Shown: piece after piece, positions 9,373 through 19,506 of the stretch
How positions within the stretch are numbered: the stretch's first letter is position 1
Layout of the letters: every line of letters starts with the position of its first letter
Source of the DNA: an uncultured virus (IMG/VR IMGVR_UViG_3300031232_000001)
Lineage: Duplodnaviria; Heunggongvirae; Uroviricota; Caudoviricetes
Length of the DNA: 64,000 nt
IMG/VR virus record: IMGVR_UViG_3300031232_000001
Direction: 5' to 3' (one strand)
Notes under the pieces: model-generated
Databases searched by the model: none
What the model saw: only the letters and a program-made list of their open reading frames with translations
What the model was told of the DNA's origin: nothing
Translations under genes and position numbers: made by a program

Positions 9373-9870
9373 ATGGTATACAAAACGGTTAAATTAAAAA
9401 ATTACGGAAACGTATTTGTTGAATTGGAAGCTAATGCAGCTATAATTCCTGGGATGTTGGTAGAAGTTATGAGTACCAACAAACTTCGTGCTCATGCAAG
9501 TGCGGCAACATTTGCCATGCCTATGTTTGCACTCGAGGACGGAATGCAGGGTAAGGGTTTAAAGGATAATTATGTTGCAGGTGATCAAGTGCAGGTTTGG
9601 ATTCCTGGTCGCGGGGATGAGGTTTATGCTTTGTTGGTTGATGGTGGACAGGCAGTAGCTATTGGTGATACACTTGTTTCGGCTGGTGGTGGTTATTTGA
9701 AAAAATCACAGGATACAATTAACAGTTGGGAAAGTGTTGATGCAGGAATGGACATTTCAAATAAATCCATTATTGGAATAGCCCTCGAGGCTAAAGATAT
9801 TTCCGGTTCTGGCTCTGATAGTAGCGCAGGTGGACAATATTATCCATATTGCAGAATCAGAATTGTATAA
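9373..9870 (+). CDS. Head decoration/cement protein
   Basis: AIIPGMLVE...GDTLVSAGGGYLK...IGIALE; lies between scaffold and capsid genes. Confidence 0.65.
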   Translation: MVYKTVKLKNYGNVFVELEANAAIIPGMLVEVMSTNKLRAHASAATFAMPMFALEDGMQGKGLKDNYVAGDQVQVWIPGRGDEVYALLVDGGQAVAIGDTLVSAGGGYLKKSQDTINSWESVDAGMDISNKSIIGIALEAKDISGSGSDSSAGGQYYPYCRIRIV

Positions 9871-9895
9871 TTAAAAACAGAAAGGAGAAGAAATA

Positions 9896-11038
9896 ATGGA
9901 AGACATAACAATGAATGTAAATGTGGATCTTATCGCCAATGGTATAGCCCAAGGTCAGGTTGCAAATCAATTACAATCTAATGGCAATTTAAATCTTGGA
10001 GCACTTCGTCCGTTTAAGGCGTTTAACAAAAAAGGTGAATATGTTGGTTCGTACGTAAATATTTATATGGGCGGAAACCCAACACAGCCTACCAGTTATA
10101 AACTTGTGCCTATTGGGACTAATGCAACCTTACGTAGGGATGAATGGAAACAATTGGATGATGCAATCCAGGAAATATCCCGTCAACGTCTTGGTGGTGT
10201 GGATGATTTAATTTCTAAAGGGCTTACGTATAACCTCGGTAATGCAATGGGAACAACGGTGCTGGAATGGCATGATGTTTCGGAGGCATTAGAGGCTAAG
10301 ATCACAATGGACGGTGTTACAAGAGGACAAAACGATCAATTAAATTTCCAAACTAATTACTTGCCAATACCTATCATTCATGTTGATTACGAGATTAACG
10401 CAAGGATGTTGGCGGCTTCAAGGAGTCTTGGAAATCCTCTTGATACTACATTGGCAGAACGTGCAGCCCGACGAGTTAATGAAAAACTTGAAAGTATGTT
10501 GTTTACTGACACCACCTACGCATTTGGAACAAAGGACGACAGAAATAGGAATAAGATTTATTCTTATGTTAATTTTCCTGATCGAAATCAGATTTCAATG
10601 GGCACGGCTTGGGATTCTTTGGATGTAGATTCAGCAACGGCAGACGGTGGACAGACAATTGTTGGACAGGTTTCGGATTTGAAACAGGCATTGATTAGTG
10701 CACATTTCTACGGTCCATATCAGTTGTATATTCCTACTGCCTATGAAACTGTGATTGACATGGATTATAAGGCTGAAAGTGATGTAACAATCCGGGAAAG
10801 GATTCTGAAACTGGAAAACATTAAAGGTATTAAGGTGATTGATACCCTTCCAGCTAATAACGTTCTTTTAGTCCAAATGACTAGCAATGTTGTAAGACTT
10901 GTAAGAGGCATGGGTATTCAAAATGTTGAATGGTCCGAAGAAGGTAAATTTATTACCAAATACAAAGTAATGACTATTCAAGTTCCACAGATTAGAAGTG
11001 ATCAGGGTGGAAAGTGTGGTATTGCACATTTAGCATAA
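9896..11038 (+). CDS. Major capsid protein (HK97 fold, encapsulin/Linocin_M18-like family)
   Basis: NATLRRDEWKQLDDAI, PIPIIHVDY and KVMTIQVPQIRSD...GIAH; position, size and strong RBS. Confidence 0.85.
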   Translation: MEDITMNVNVDLIANGIAQGQVANQLQSNGNLNLGALRPFKAFNKKGEYVGSYVNIYMGGNPTQPTSYKLVPIGTNATLRRDEWKQLDDAIQEISRQRLGGVDDLISKGLTYNLGNAMGTTVLEWHDVSEALEAKITMDGVTRGQNDQLNFQTNYLPIPIIHVDYEINARMLAASRSLGNPLDTTLAERAARRVNEKLESMLFTDTTYAFGTKDDRNRNKIYSYVNFPDRNQISMGTAWDSLDVDSATADGGQTIVGQVSDLKQALISAHFYGPYQLYIPTAYETVIDMDYKAESDVTIRERILKLENIKGIKVIDTLPANNVLLVQMTSNVVRLVRGMGIQNVEWSEEGKFITKYKVMTIQVPQIRSDQGGKCGIAHLA

Positions 11039-11088
11039 TATTAAATTCACTAATCAAGTGATTTTATTTTAACTTAAAATTTTAAAAT

Positions 11089-11472
11089 ATGTCTCAAATA
11101 CGATTTAAAAAAGAGGGTGGAGGATCATTAAGACTTAATGGACGAATGATTAAACCTGGACAAATATTTACAGCCGATCCGAATGATATTCCAGCGGCAT
11201 TTAGGGATACGTGTATTGCACAGGAACCGTTTGATTTTAATAACATACAACCAAAGGAAATACCAATTGTTGATGCTCCTGTATATACATTGAGCCCCGC
11301 AAAACGGAAAGGTTGGTTTGATATTATCGACGTTAATGGTAAAAAGCTTACGGAAAAAGCTTTGAAAGAGGATGCCGCAATTGCTTTATTAACCGACCTC
11401 GGTGTTGATGTATCAAACATTACAAAAGGAATTGCAACGGAAGAAATTGAAGTAACCGGAGAAAAAGAATAA
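11089..11472 (+). CDS. Hypothetical protein following the capsid gene
   Basis: 127-aa ORF; position suggests a head-associated protein. Confidence 0.45.
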   Translation: MSQIRFKKEGGGSLRLNGRMIKPGQIFTADPNDIPAAFRDTCIAQEPFDFNNIQPKEIPIVDAPVYTLSPAKRKGWFDIIDVNGKKLTEKALKEDAAIALLTDLGVDVSNITKGIATEEIEVTGEKE

Positions 11473-11478
11473 ATAAAA

Positions 11479-12165
11479 ATGGCTATTTGGCAAGTACCTA
11501 AAATGTGGGAAGATGGGGATGTTTATATTCTAGGAGGAGGTCCTTCTGTAACTAAACAATTCAATATCCCCGATGCCATAGTTCAGGAGGTCGTAAAAGG
11601 AGAATCTCCACGTGTGTATTCTCCTTATATGTCCTTCTTACATAATAAACATGTTATTGGTATTAATGTATCTTATTTAATTGGGGATTGGATGGATATG
11701 GTATTTTTTGGTGATAGTAATTTTTTGGAACGTAATATGCAGAATTTAATTAAATTCCCTGGTATTAAGTGTTCCTGTCATCATATTGTCTTACCATACA
11801 ATTGGATTAAGTATATTCCTCGAGATAGACGTCCGCGGGGGATTAGTGGAAATTCAAAAACAGTTTGTTGGAATGGAAATAGTGGTGCGGCTGCAATTAG
11901 TGTGGCGGCACATGCAGGGGCAAAAAGAATTATATTGCTTGGTTTTGATATGCATTTAGATTTAAATGCAAAACAACATTGGCATAATATTTATAAACGA
12001 ACTCCCGATCCTACGAAATTACATGCCTTACCATTTCACAGACATTTACCAGGATTCCCAGTAATTGCACATGATGCAAAGATAAGAGGAATTGAAATCC
12101 TGAATTGTTGTCCTGATAGTGCAATCGAATGTTTTAAAAAAATTAATATAACTGATCTGCAATGA
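11479..12165 (+). CDS. Maf/DUF115-like (sialyltransferase-fold) putative glycosyltransferase
   Basis: ILGGGPS, VIGIN and NSGAAAI..A...GAKRIILLGFDM. Confidence 0.6.
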   Translation: MAIWQVPKMWEDGDVYILGGGPSVTKQFNIPDAIVQEVVKGESPRVYSPYMSFLHNKHVIGINVSYLIGDWMDMVFFGDSNFLERNMQNLIKFPGIKCSCHHIVLPYNWIKYIPRDRRPRGISGNSKTVCWNGNSGAAAISVAAHAGAKRIILLGFDMHLDLNAKQHWHNIYKRTPDPTKLHALPFHRHLPGFPVIAHDAKIRGIEILNCCPDSAIECFKKINITDLQ

Positions 12166-12941
12166 ATGTAATAAAGATAATGGGAGGGTTAGGAAATCAA
12201 TTATTCCAATATGCGTTTGGACGTGTTCAAATATCCAACGGTTTATATGTTAAATTTGATTGCCGTACCTACGATAAGAATAATAAACAGAAGTGGCCAA
12301 GAGATTTTCAATTAAATAAATTTGAAGGAACACATGTTAGAAATTCTCCATTTATCCTCAGCCAGCCTACAATTGATGATCATAAGGTAGGCTTTAACTT
12401 AGATTTACTTAAGTTAGATAATCATAATTTTCATGGTTATTGGCAGTATTTGGCGTATTATGAAGGCATACTTGATACACTTAGAAAGGAATTTAGGGTA
12501 AAGCAGGAATTATACAATAATGTTTTTACTCATTTATTTTTTGAAATAACAACAAAAGAAAATTCCGTAAGTATTCATGTCCGAAGAGGTGACTATTTGG
12601 TGCAGACGTGGGGGATTTTACCATTTACATACTACTTGCAGGCTGTACAACATACGAAAGGAGATATTTATATATTTTCCGATGATATTGAATGGTGCAA
12701 AAAGCATTTTAAACAAGATTATTTTGATAGACAAATAACATTTGTTACAACAGGAGAGGATTGTCTGGATTTTGAATTAATGAGGCATTGCAAACATAAC
12801 ATAATAGGTAGTTCTACATTTAGTTGGTGGGCTGCAATGCTGAATGAAAATTCAAATAAAATTGTTTGTGCTCCTAGTCAATGGCTTGGAGGTTGGACTG
12901 ATACATCATTAATTTACCCACACGAGTGGATTAAACTTTAA
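12162..12941 (+). CDS. GT11 alpha-1,2-fucosyltransferase-like
   Basis: GGLGNQLFQYA, GYWQ, HVRRGDY, FSDDIEWCK and SSTFSWWAA. Confidence 0.9.
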   Translation: MNVIKIMGGLGNQLFQYAFGRVQISNGLYVKFDCRTYDKNNKQKWPRDFQLNKFEGTHVRNSPFILSQPTIDDHKVGFNLDLLKLDNHNFHGYWQYLAYYEGILDTLRKEFRVKQELYNNVFTHLFFEITTKENSVSIHVRRGDYLVQTWGILPFTYYLQAVQHTKGDIYIFSDDIEWCKKHFKQDYFDRQITFVTTGEDCLDFELMRHCKHNIIGSSTFSWWAAMLNENSNKIVCAPSQWLGGWTDTSLIYPHEWIKL

Positions 12942-12945
12942 TCGA

Positions 12946-13569
12946 ATGTTATTAAAAGGTTTTGAAAAACATTTAAAGGAGTGTAGAGGTGCAATCCACG
13001 TAGGAGGTAACGACGGTGCGGAAAGATGTTGGTATGATGATATGTGGTTTAAAAAAGTAATTTGGTTTGAACCTGATTCTGTTTTATTTCATCAATTGGC
13101 TAAAAACCTCACATTTTATCCTGATCAACGTGCGGTACCTTTTGGGATTCATGACACATTAAAGGAAGCTACATTAAATATTGCAAGTAATAACGGACAA
13201 AGTTCATCTATTCTTGAATTGGGAACACATGCGGAATCATACCCTCGAATAAAATATATTGGAAAAAAGACTATTAAACTTGTCAGACTGGACGAAATAA
13301 TTCCAAAGATAGATTCATTTGATTCCTTCAATTTTATCAATGTAGATGTTCAAGGAGTCGAATTAAATGTATTAAAAAGTTTGGGAGAAAATATTATTAA
13401 ATTTGATTACATCTATACGGAAGTAAATGAGGAGGCAGTATACAAAAATTGCAGTTTAATTTCGGAAATTGATAAGTATTTACAATCATATAATTTTATT
13501 CGTGTGGAAACAATAATGAAGGCCGCACATTGGGGTGATGCATTATACATTAAAAAAGAATTGGTATGA
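12946..13569 (+). CDS. FkbM-family methyltransferase
   Basis: HVGGNDG, WFEPD, NVDVQGVELNVL, YTEVN and WGDALY. Confidence 0.85.
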   Translation: MLLKGFEKHLKECRGAIHVGGNDGAERCWYDDMWFKKVIWFEPDSVLFHQLAKNLTFYPDQRAVPFGIHDTLKEATLNIASNNGQSSSILELGTHAESYPRIKYIGKKTIKLVRLDEIIPKIDSFDSFNFINVDVQGVELNVLKSLGENIIKFDYIYTEVNEEAVYKNCSLISEIDKYLQSYNFIRVETIMKAAHWGDALYIKKELV

Positions 13570-14090
13570 TTACAAATAAACTGAAACATTATTTAAATCC
13601 TGTTTTCATCGAAACAGGTAGTTATATAGGAGAGGGGATAATGGCTGCAAAGAAGGCGGGATTTCAACGCATTTTTTCAATTGAACTTTCGGATCATTAT
13701 TACAATATATGTAAGGAGAAGTTCGGAAAAGAAAGGAATATATACTTACATCATGGTGATACAATTAATGTCCTTCCAAAACTATTGAAAATAATTAATG
13801 AGCATATTACATTTTGGCTAGATGCACATTGGTGTGGTGATGTTTCAGCCTGTGGACCTCAAGCAGTTCCATTAATGGATGAATTGTTAGCAATTAAAGA
13901 ACATCCAATTAAAATCCATACCATTTTAATTGATGATATGCGATTGTTAAGAACTCATGATGCAGAATGGAAAGATTTAAAATACGGAATAAAGGAACTT
14001 GAAAATATGGTTTTATCAATTAATCCAGAATACAAAATAACGTATATAAAAGGTTTAATTTCACAGGATATTTTAGTTGCCCAGGTATGA
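13566..14090 (+). CDS. Class I SAM-dependent methyltransferase-like protein
   Basis: FIETGSYIG, SIELS, FWLDAH and ILIDDMR. Confidence 0.65.
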   Translation: MITNKLKHYLNPVFIETGSYIGEGIMAAKKAGFQRIFSIELSDHYYNICKEKFGKERNIYLHHGDTINVLPKLLKIINEHITFWLDAHWCGDVSACGPQAVPLMDELLAIKEHPIKIHTILIDDMRLLRTHDAEWKDLKYGIKELENMVLSINPEYKITYIKGLISQDILVAQV

Positions 14091-14662
14091 ATGCATATGT
14101 AATTAATTTGGATAGTCGAATGGATAGGATGGAAACTTTCAAAATGAATTGTTTTCCATTTCCTGTTAATAGATTTTCAGCCCTTACCTCTTCATGTGGA
14201 GAGGATGGTTGTACTAATTCACATTTATCCATACTTAAAAAACAAAAAGAATTTCCATTTGCCGTATTTGAGGATGATTGTTTGTTAATTCAGCCTTGGA
14301 AGATTGTAGAAAAGGCAATCAGCCAATTGCCCAATGATTGTGATGCATTATGGTTAGGTGCTAATTTGAGACAACCTTTGGAACGATATTCCAATAATTT
14401 GTTCAGATTAAAAAAGGCTTGGTGTCTGCATGGCGTAATTTATTTTACACAAAGAATTGTTGATTACATTTTGGAAAATCATAACACTCCTTCGGGGATT
14501 AATATTGATACTTTTTATTGTAAGGATGTTCAGTATAATTTTAATTGTTTCATTGTTTCACCTATGGTTACCGTACAGTGTGCGGATTTTTCAGACATAG
14601 CAAAAAAGAAAACAAACAATTACGTGGAATTAATTGACAATTATAGGAGGTATACGAAATGA
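14087..14662 (+). CDS. GT25-family glycosyltransferase
   Basis: YVINLDSRMDR, GC.SH and VFEDD. Confidence 0.8.
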   Translation: MNAYVINLDSRMDRMETFKMNCFPFPVNRFSALTSSCGEDGCTNSHLSILKKQKEFPFAVFEDDCLLIQPWKIVEKAISQLPNDCDALWLGANLRQPLERYSNNLFRLKKAWCLHGVIYFTQRIVDYILENHNTPSGINIDTFYCKDVQYNFNCFIVSPMVTVQCADFSDIAKKKTNNYVELIDNYRRYTK

Positions 14663-15444
14663 ATAAAGACATTAATAAAATAATTTTTTATAATCAAATT
14701 TCTAAATCCTATGCTTTCGATCAAATGGAATATATGTTATCTGAGGAATGGCAAAAAGTTAGGACATTATTTGTTGATAATTATTTCATCAATCCTATTG
14801 ATCCTGTTTATAATATTCCCCGCAAAATTCATCAAATTTGGTTGGGTTCTAAACTGCCTGAAAAGTATTTAAAATATACGGAATCATGGAAACAGATTCA
14901 CCCAAATTGGGAATATAAATTGTGGACTGATGAAGATATTAAAACCTTTAATTTTTCTGAAAATGGTAGAAACGTTTTTGATAATGCAGTGAACCAAGGA
15001 ATGAAATCAGATGTATTAAGGTATGAAATTTTAAACCAATTCGGTGGTTTATACGTTGACACGGATTTTGAATGCTTGAAATCTTTTGATATTTTATTGC
15101 ATTATAACTTTTTTACAGGTATTGGATTTGATGGAAAATTGCAATTATACAATGGTTTGATTGCAAGTGTGCCTAATCACAATATTATGAAAGAGATGTT
15201 GGAAAGAATGCAGATATATAAAGGAAATAAAGGCTCTGCTATTTTAAATGTAACAGGGGCTAATTTATTTACACAGGTATTTTTGGAAAATTGTAATCTA
15301 AAAAATACGATAGCTTTTCCAACAGATTTCTTTTATCCACTTCCGAATAAGGAAACGACAAATAATCCATATCAATTTGTTAAACCTTGTTCTTACGCTA
15401 TACATCATTGGGCAGTATCTTGGGTTAATAAAAAGAAAAAATAA
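14659..15444 (+). CDS. GT32 (OCH1/DXD) glycosyltransferase
   Basis: IPRKIHQIW, SDVLRYEIL..FGGLYVDTD, TGA and HHWAVSW. Confidence 0.85.
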   Translation: MNKDINKIIFYNQISKSYAFDQMEYMLSEEWQKVRTLFVDNYFINPIDPVYNIPRKIHQIWLGSKLPEKYLKYTESWKQIHPNWEYKLWTDEDIKTFNFSENGRNVFDNAVNQGMKSDVLRYEILNQFGGLYVDTDFECLKSFDILLHYNFFTGIGFDGKLQLYNGLIASVPNHNIMKEMLERMQIYKGNKGSAILNVTGANLFTQVFLENCNLKNTIAFPTDFFYPLPNKETTNNPYQFVKPCSYAIHHWAVSWVNKKKK

Positions 15445-16256
15445 TGGACTGGATTCAAGGAGATAAATTTAAATGGTTGGCAGATTTCACATATGCTCCT
15501 GTTGAAAAACAAAAGGATGATTATGATCATCTAAGTAATTTTTTTGATTTATCCGCACTGAAAGGCGGTGATGTTATTTACACGCATACGATGTATGTAA
15601 AACAGTTATTTAATTGCCTGAGTAAATTAAGCGGGGAATTTATTGTAGTTACTCACAATTCGGATGAAAACATAGACGAGACCTATAACATTCCTGAAAA
15701 TGTTAAACATTGGTTTACTACAAATGTTAATTGCATCCATCCTAAAGTAACGTCCATTCCTATTGGGCTTGAAAACGACCGTTGGTTTATTTCAACACAT
15801 AAAAAGGAAAAGATGTTGAATAAAATGAAGCAATGTAAAACGAAAAGGAATTTAGTATATGTAAACCATAATGTTTGCACGAATACAAAGGAACGTTTAA
15901 AACCATATCAATTGCTAACGGACAAACGATGGGCCACAATAGAACGAGGTAAAAATGGTTGTGATTTCGATAATTATTTGGATAATATGTATCATCATTC
16001 CTTTATGATCTGCCCACAAGGTAACGGAATGGACACACACAGGACATGGGAGGGTCTGTATATGGGAACTATTCCCATTGAAAAGATTAATTTAAATAAT
16101 CAGTATTACCTTGACCTTCCTATTTGTTTCGTACATGATTGGGAGGAAATAACAGAGGAATTTTTATTTGCGGAATATATGAGAATTTCACAGGTGCTTT
16201 GGAGTAAAGAAAAATTGAATTTTACGTATTGGAAAAATAAAATTAAAAACACATGA
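15444..16256 (+). CDS. Exostosin-like (GT47-type) glycosyltransferase
   Basis: IPIGLEN and FMICPQGNGMDTHRTWEGLYMGTIPI. Confidence 0.65.
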   Translation: MDWIQGDKFKWLADFTYAPVEKQKDDYDHLSNFFDLSALKGGDVIYTHTMYVKQLFNCLSKLSGEFIVVTHNSDENIDETYNIPENVKHWFTTNVNCIHPKVTSIPIGLENDRWFISTHKKEKMLNKMKQCKTKRNLVYVNHNVCTNTKERLKPYQLLTDKRWATIERGKNGCDFDNYLDNMYHHSFMICPQGNGMDTHRTWEGLYMGTIPIEKINLNNQYYLDLPICFVHDWEEITEEFLFAEYMRISQVLWSKEKLNFTYWKNKIKNT

Positions 16257-17218
16257 AAACAGCATTAGTATTAGGTGCAGGTGGATTTATAGGTAGTCAT
16301 TTAATTAAAAGGCTAAAATTGGAAGGGTATTGCACAATCGGGATGGACATAAAACGTCCTGATTATTCCTGTCTTCCAACCGATTGTTTTTTAAAAATGG
16401 ATTTGCGTGACAAGTTAAGTTTGGAATATGTCTTTGAAAGATTTTACAATCGTATTGATGAAGTCTATCAACTTGCGGCGGATATGGGAGGAGCAGGCTA
16501 CATTTTTAGTGGAAAACATGATGCCGATGTTATGCATAATTCAGCATTGATTAATTTAAATGTTGCTGAATTTTTGAAGGATAAAAAGGTGAAAGTATTT
16601 TATTCCAGTTCTGCCTGTATTTATCCTGCCACTAATCAAACAGATAACGAATTTCCAATATGCATTGAAAGCACTGCATACCCTGCCAATCCTGATTCCG
16701 AATATGGATGGGAAAAATTATTTAGTGAACGTTTGTATCAGTCATATAATCGAAATTATGGTTTGGATATTAGGATTGCAAGATTCCACAATATATTTGG
16801 ACCGGAAGGATCTTATAATAACGGTAAGGAAAAAGCCCCTGCAGCCATTTGCAGAAAAGTGGCAGAAGCAAAAGAAGGAGAATCAATTGAGGTGTGGGGT
16901 GATGGAGAACAAACTCGTAGTTTCCTTTACGTGGATGAATGCATAGAAGGGATTCGACGGTTGATGGAGTCAGATTATAAAGAACCTGTAAACATCGGTA
17001 GTACTGAAATGATTTCCATAAATGAACTTGCTGAAAAAGTAATTGCAATTTCAGGGAAGACAATAGGAATAAAACACATTGAAGGGGCATTAGGAGTACG
17101 AGGACGCAATTCAAATAATGATTTAATACAACAAAAATTAAATTGGAGTCCAAATTTTCCTTTGCAAAAAGGTTTGGAATTAACTTATAAATGGATTAAC
17201 ACACAGGTAAATGGTTAA
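16253..17218 (+). CDS. NAD-dependent epimerase, GDP-mannose 3,5-epimerase-like
   Basis: GAGGFIG, LAADMGGAGYI, SSACIYP, YGWEK, KEKAPAAICRK and GVRGRNS. Confidence 0.85.
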   Translation: MKTALVLGAGGFIGSHLIKRLKLEGYCTIGMDIKRPDYSCLPTDCFLKMDLRDKLSLEYVFERFYNRIDEVYQLAADMGGAGYIFSGKHDADVMHNSALINLNVAEFLKDKKVKVFYSSSACIYPATNQTDNEFPICIESTAYPANPDSEYGWEKLFSERLYQSYNRNYGLDIRIARFHNIFGPEGSYNNGKEKAPAAICRKVAEAKEGESIEVWGDGEQTRSFLYVDECIEGIRRLMESDYKEPVNIGSTEMISINELAEKVIAISGKTIGIKHIEGALGVRGRNSNNDLIQQKLNWSPNFPLQKGLELTYKWINTQVNG

Positions 17219-17882
17219 AACAGTAGCATTGGTATTATATGAGTCTCAGGATTTCACGTTTAGGGATGTCCAACTAATTTGTGTGCATCTTCGAAACAAA
17301 TGGAGAACTTCTGTGGACGAATTGCAGATTATTTGTTTTTGGAATAAAGCATCTCGGGAATACGATCTAGGATGGGTCAGAATAATCCCATTAGATAAAA
17401 AATGGCCTAAGTGGTGGTCTCGAATGATTTTATATAGCCCAGAAGTAGAACACCTACGTCCTTTTCTTTATCTTGACCTTGATACTGTGATTGTCAATTC
17501 CATTGAAAATATTTTCAATTTAGTAACTGATGAAACAAAGTATATAACATTGGAAGACTTTGGTCAACCTCAACGTCTTGCCACGCCAGTTGTTTGGTTT
17601 CCTAAACAGTCTGCAAAAATTGATAGTGTTTGGAAAGCTTGGACGAAACAAATTGAAATGCCTCAGGGGCGAATGGATTATTTTTTACGGAACTACACAA
17701 AGCAAGATTTATTTTGGCAACAGATCACAAATACCATTATCGATTTTAAGCCTCGTAGAAACGATTTATTAAAAAATGTGAATAAAGATGCAAATCTTAT
17801 TTTATTTCACGGCAAACCAAGGATTTTTGAGGCTGCCGAAACAATTAATTGGGTGAACGATTACGTAAAATTAAAAGGATGA
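17211..17882 (+). CDS. GT-A fold glycosyltransferase (GT8-like, DxD)
   Basis: WWSRM, LYLDLDTVI and FHGKPR. Confidence 0.7.
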   Translation: MVKTVALVLYESQDFTFRDVQLICVHLRNKWRTSVDELQIICFWNKASREYDLGWVRIIPLDKKWPKWWSRMILYSPEVEHLRPFLYLDLDTVIVNSIENIFNLVTDETKYITLEDFGQPQRLATPVVWFPKQSAKIDSVWKAWTKQIEMPQGRMDYFLRNYTKQDLFWQQITNTIIDFKPRRNDLLKNVNKDANLILFHGKPRIFEAAETINWVNDYVKLKG

Positions 17883-18481
17883 ATAATAAAGTAACGGTAA
17901 TCATTCCGTACAAAACTGATAGAGGGTGGTTGAAGGATGCAATTGTAAGCGTTCCAATGAATGTTCAATTGATAGTAAGTCAAGGCAAAGGGAATTGGCC
18001 TCAGAATTTTAATAAGGCATTATCTCAGGCTACTGGAGATTTTATAAAATATTTACACGAGGATGATATGTTAACGGTAAATTGCATTGAGGACTCTTTG
18101 AAAACATTTGAATCCTCAGGTTGTGATTTTATACATGGAAATGCAATCGAATTAGAAAACGGAACATATTATAAATTATATAAACCAATGATTCTGATTC
18201 CAACGTTTGATAATTTATTAAAAACAAACAGTATTCATAGTGCCACCACAATGTATAGACGTTGGGTGTTTGAAAAATTAGGAACATTTAGTGAAGATAA
18301 TCGGTATTATTCATTCGAGGAATTTGAATTTAATTTGCGGCTATTAAAAGGTGGTTTAAAAATAGGGTATTGCAATCAGTCATTGGCTTTTTACAGAAGA
18401 CACCCGCGACAAATCATCCGGACCGTAGATAAGCAGAAAAGAAAAGAAAACAGGCAGGAATTAATAAACATGTACAAATGA
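17879..18481 (+). CDS. GT2-family glycosyltransferase
   Basis: VTVIIPY, N.ALSQATGDFIKYLHEDD and YRRH; ATG at 17879 preferred over the TTG at 17849. Confidence 0.8.
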   Translation: MNNKVTVIIPYKTDRGWLKDAIVSVPMNVQLIVSQGKGNWPQNFNKALSQATGDFIKYLHEDDMLTVNCIEDSLKTFESSGCDFIHGNAIELENGTYYKLYKPMILIPTFDNLLKTNSIHSATTMYRRWVFEKLGTFSEDNRYYSFEEFEFNLRLLKGGLKIGYCNQSLAFYRRHPRQIIRTVDKQKRKENRQELINMYK

Positions 18482-19122
18482 TAAACCAATCTCCAATATT
18501 AATTACAGGCTGTCCTCGAAGTGGAACAACAATCGTGGCTAATGCAATTCAAAAGGCAGGAGCATTTATTGGACAAACTTCTACCCGAGGAATGATGGAA
18601 AATGATGAGATACGGGAGAAATTAATTCGACCTTATTTCAAACAAAAAGGTTTGGATTGTAGAGGTCAATTTTTAAAACAACATAATGTTTCTATTCCTA
18701 CGGATTGGAACGTTAAAATTGAAAATATATTAAAATCCCAGGGACTTACTGCAAATAATATTTGGATGTATAAAGGTCTGGGTTGTTTAATTTGGCCTAT
18801 TTGGAATTATACTTATCCTGATGCAAAGTGGATTATTGTACGTAGACGTACAGGAGATATTATCCAGTCCTGCATGAAAACCGCTTATATGACTGCATTT
18901 AATACAGAGGAAGGATGGAAAGATTGGGTACATCAATATGAAAATAAATTTGTGGAAATGATTGAGGCAGGATTGAATTGTAAAATCGTTTGGCCAGAAA
19001 GAATTTTAAATGGAAATTACACACAAATATATGAAACAATAGAGTGGTGTGGTTTGAAATGGAATGATCAAATAATTCCAACAATTAATCAATTATTACA
19101 TACTAACAAGGAAAGGACATAA
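18478..19122 (+). CDS. Sulfotransferase-family protein
   Basis: PILITGCPRSGTT (5'-PSB loop) and WIIVRR...IIQS (3'-PB-like). Confidence 0.75.
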   Translation: MINQSPILITGCPRSGTTIVANAIQKAGAFIGQTSTRGMMENDEIREKLIRPYFKQKGLDCRGQFLKQHNVSIPTDWNVKIENILKSQGLTANNIWMYKGLGCLIWPIWNYTYPDAKWIIVRRRTGDIIQSCMKTAYMTAFNTEEGWKDWVHQYENKFVEMIEAGLNCKIVWPERILNGNYTQIYETIEWCGLKWNDQIIPTINQLLHTNKERT

Positions 19123-19123
19123 A

Positions 19124-19498
19124 ATGGCACGTGTAACGGCTACGGAGGTAAAAGACATACTGGATAACTGCACTAAGGAGGATACTACAATTGATGTATT
19201 TATAATCGGTGCATCGGAATTGATTACAAAGGTATTTGCAGAGGACGTGGAAATAGGGGAGACATTATTAAAGGAGTTAGAAAGATGGTTCGCGGCTCAT
19301 ATGATAGCTTCAACCATTCACAGGACTACTTCGGATGAAAAGTTAGGAGATGCCTCTGTAAAATATACAGGACAGTGGGGTAAAAATCTTGATTCCACTC
19401 CATACGGGCAGATGGTTAAACAACTTGATGTAACAGGCAAGATGGAGGCTTATCTTGGGAAATCAGTTGCAAGTATTTTTGCGGTAACAATCAATTAA
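19124..19498 (+). CDS. Head-tail adaptor protein
   Basis: ERWFAAH...SVKY...STPYGQ...LD; position. Confidence 0.65.
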   Translation: MARVTATEVKDILDNCTKEDTTIDVFIIGASELITKVFAEDVEIGETLLKELERWFAAHMIASTIHRTTSDEKLGDASVKYTGQWGKNLDSTPYGQMVKQLDVTGKMEAYLGKSVASIFAVTIN

Positions 19499-19506
19499 AA
19501 TTAAAA

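Noticed and set aside
9896..11038. Encapsulin/bacteriocin nanocompartment
   Set aside because: The portal-gp7-protease-decoration context shows it is the phage major capsid protein.
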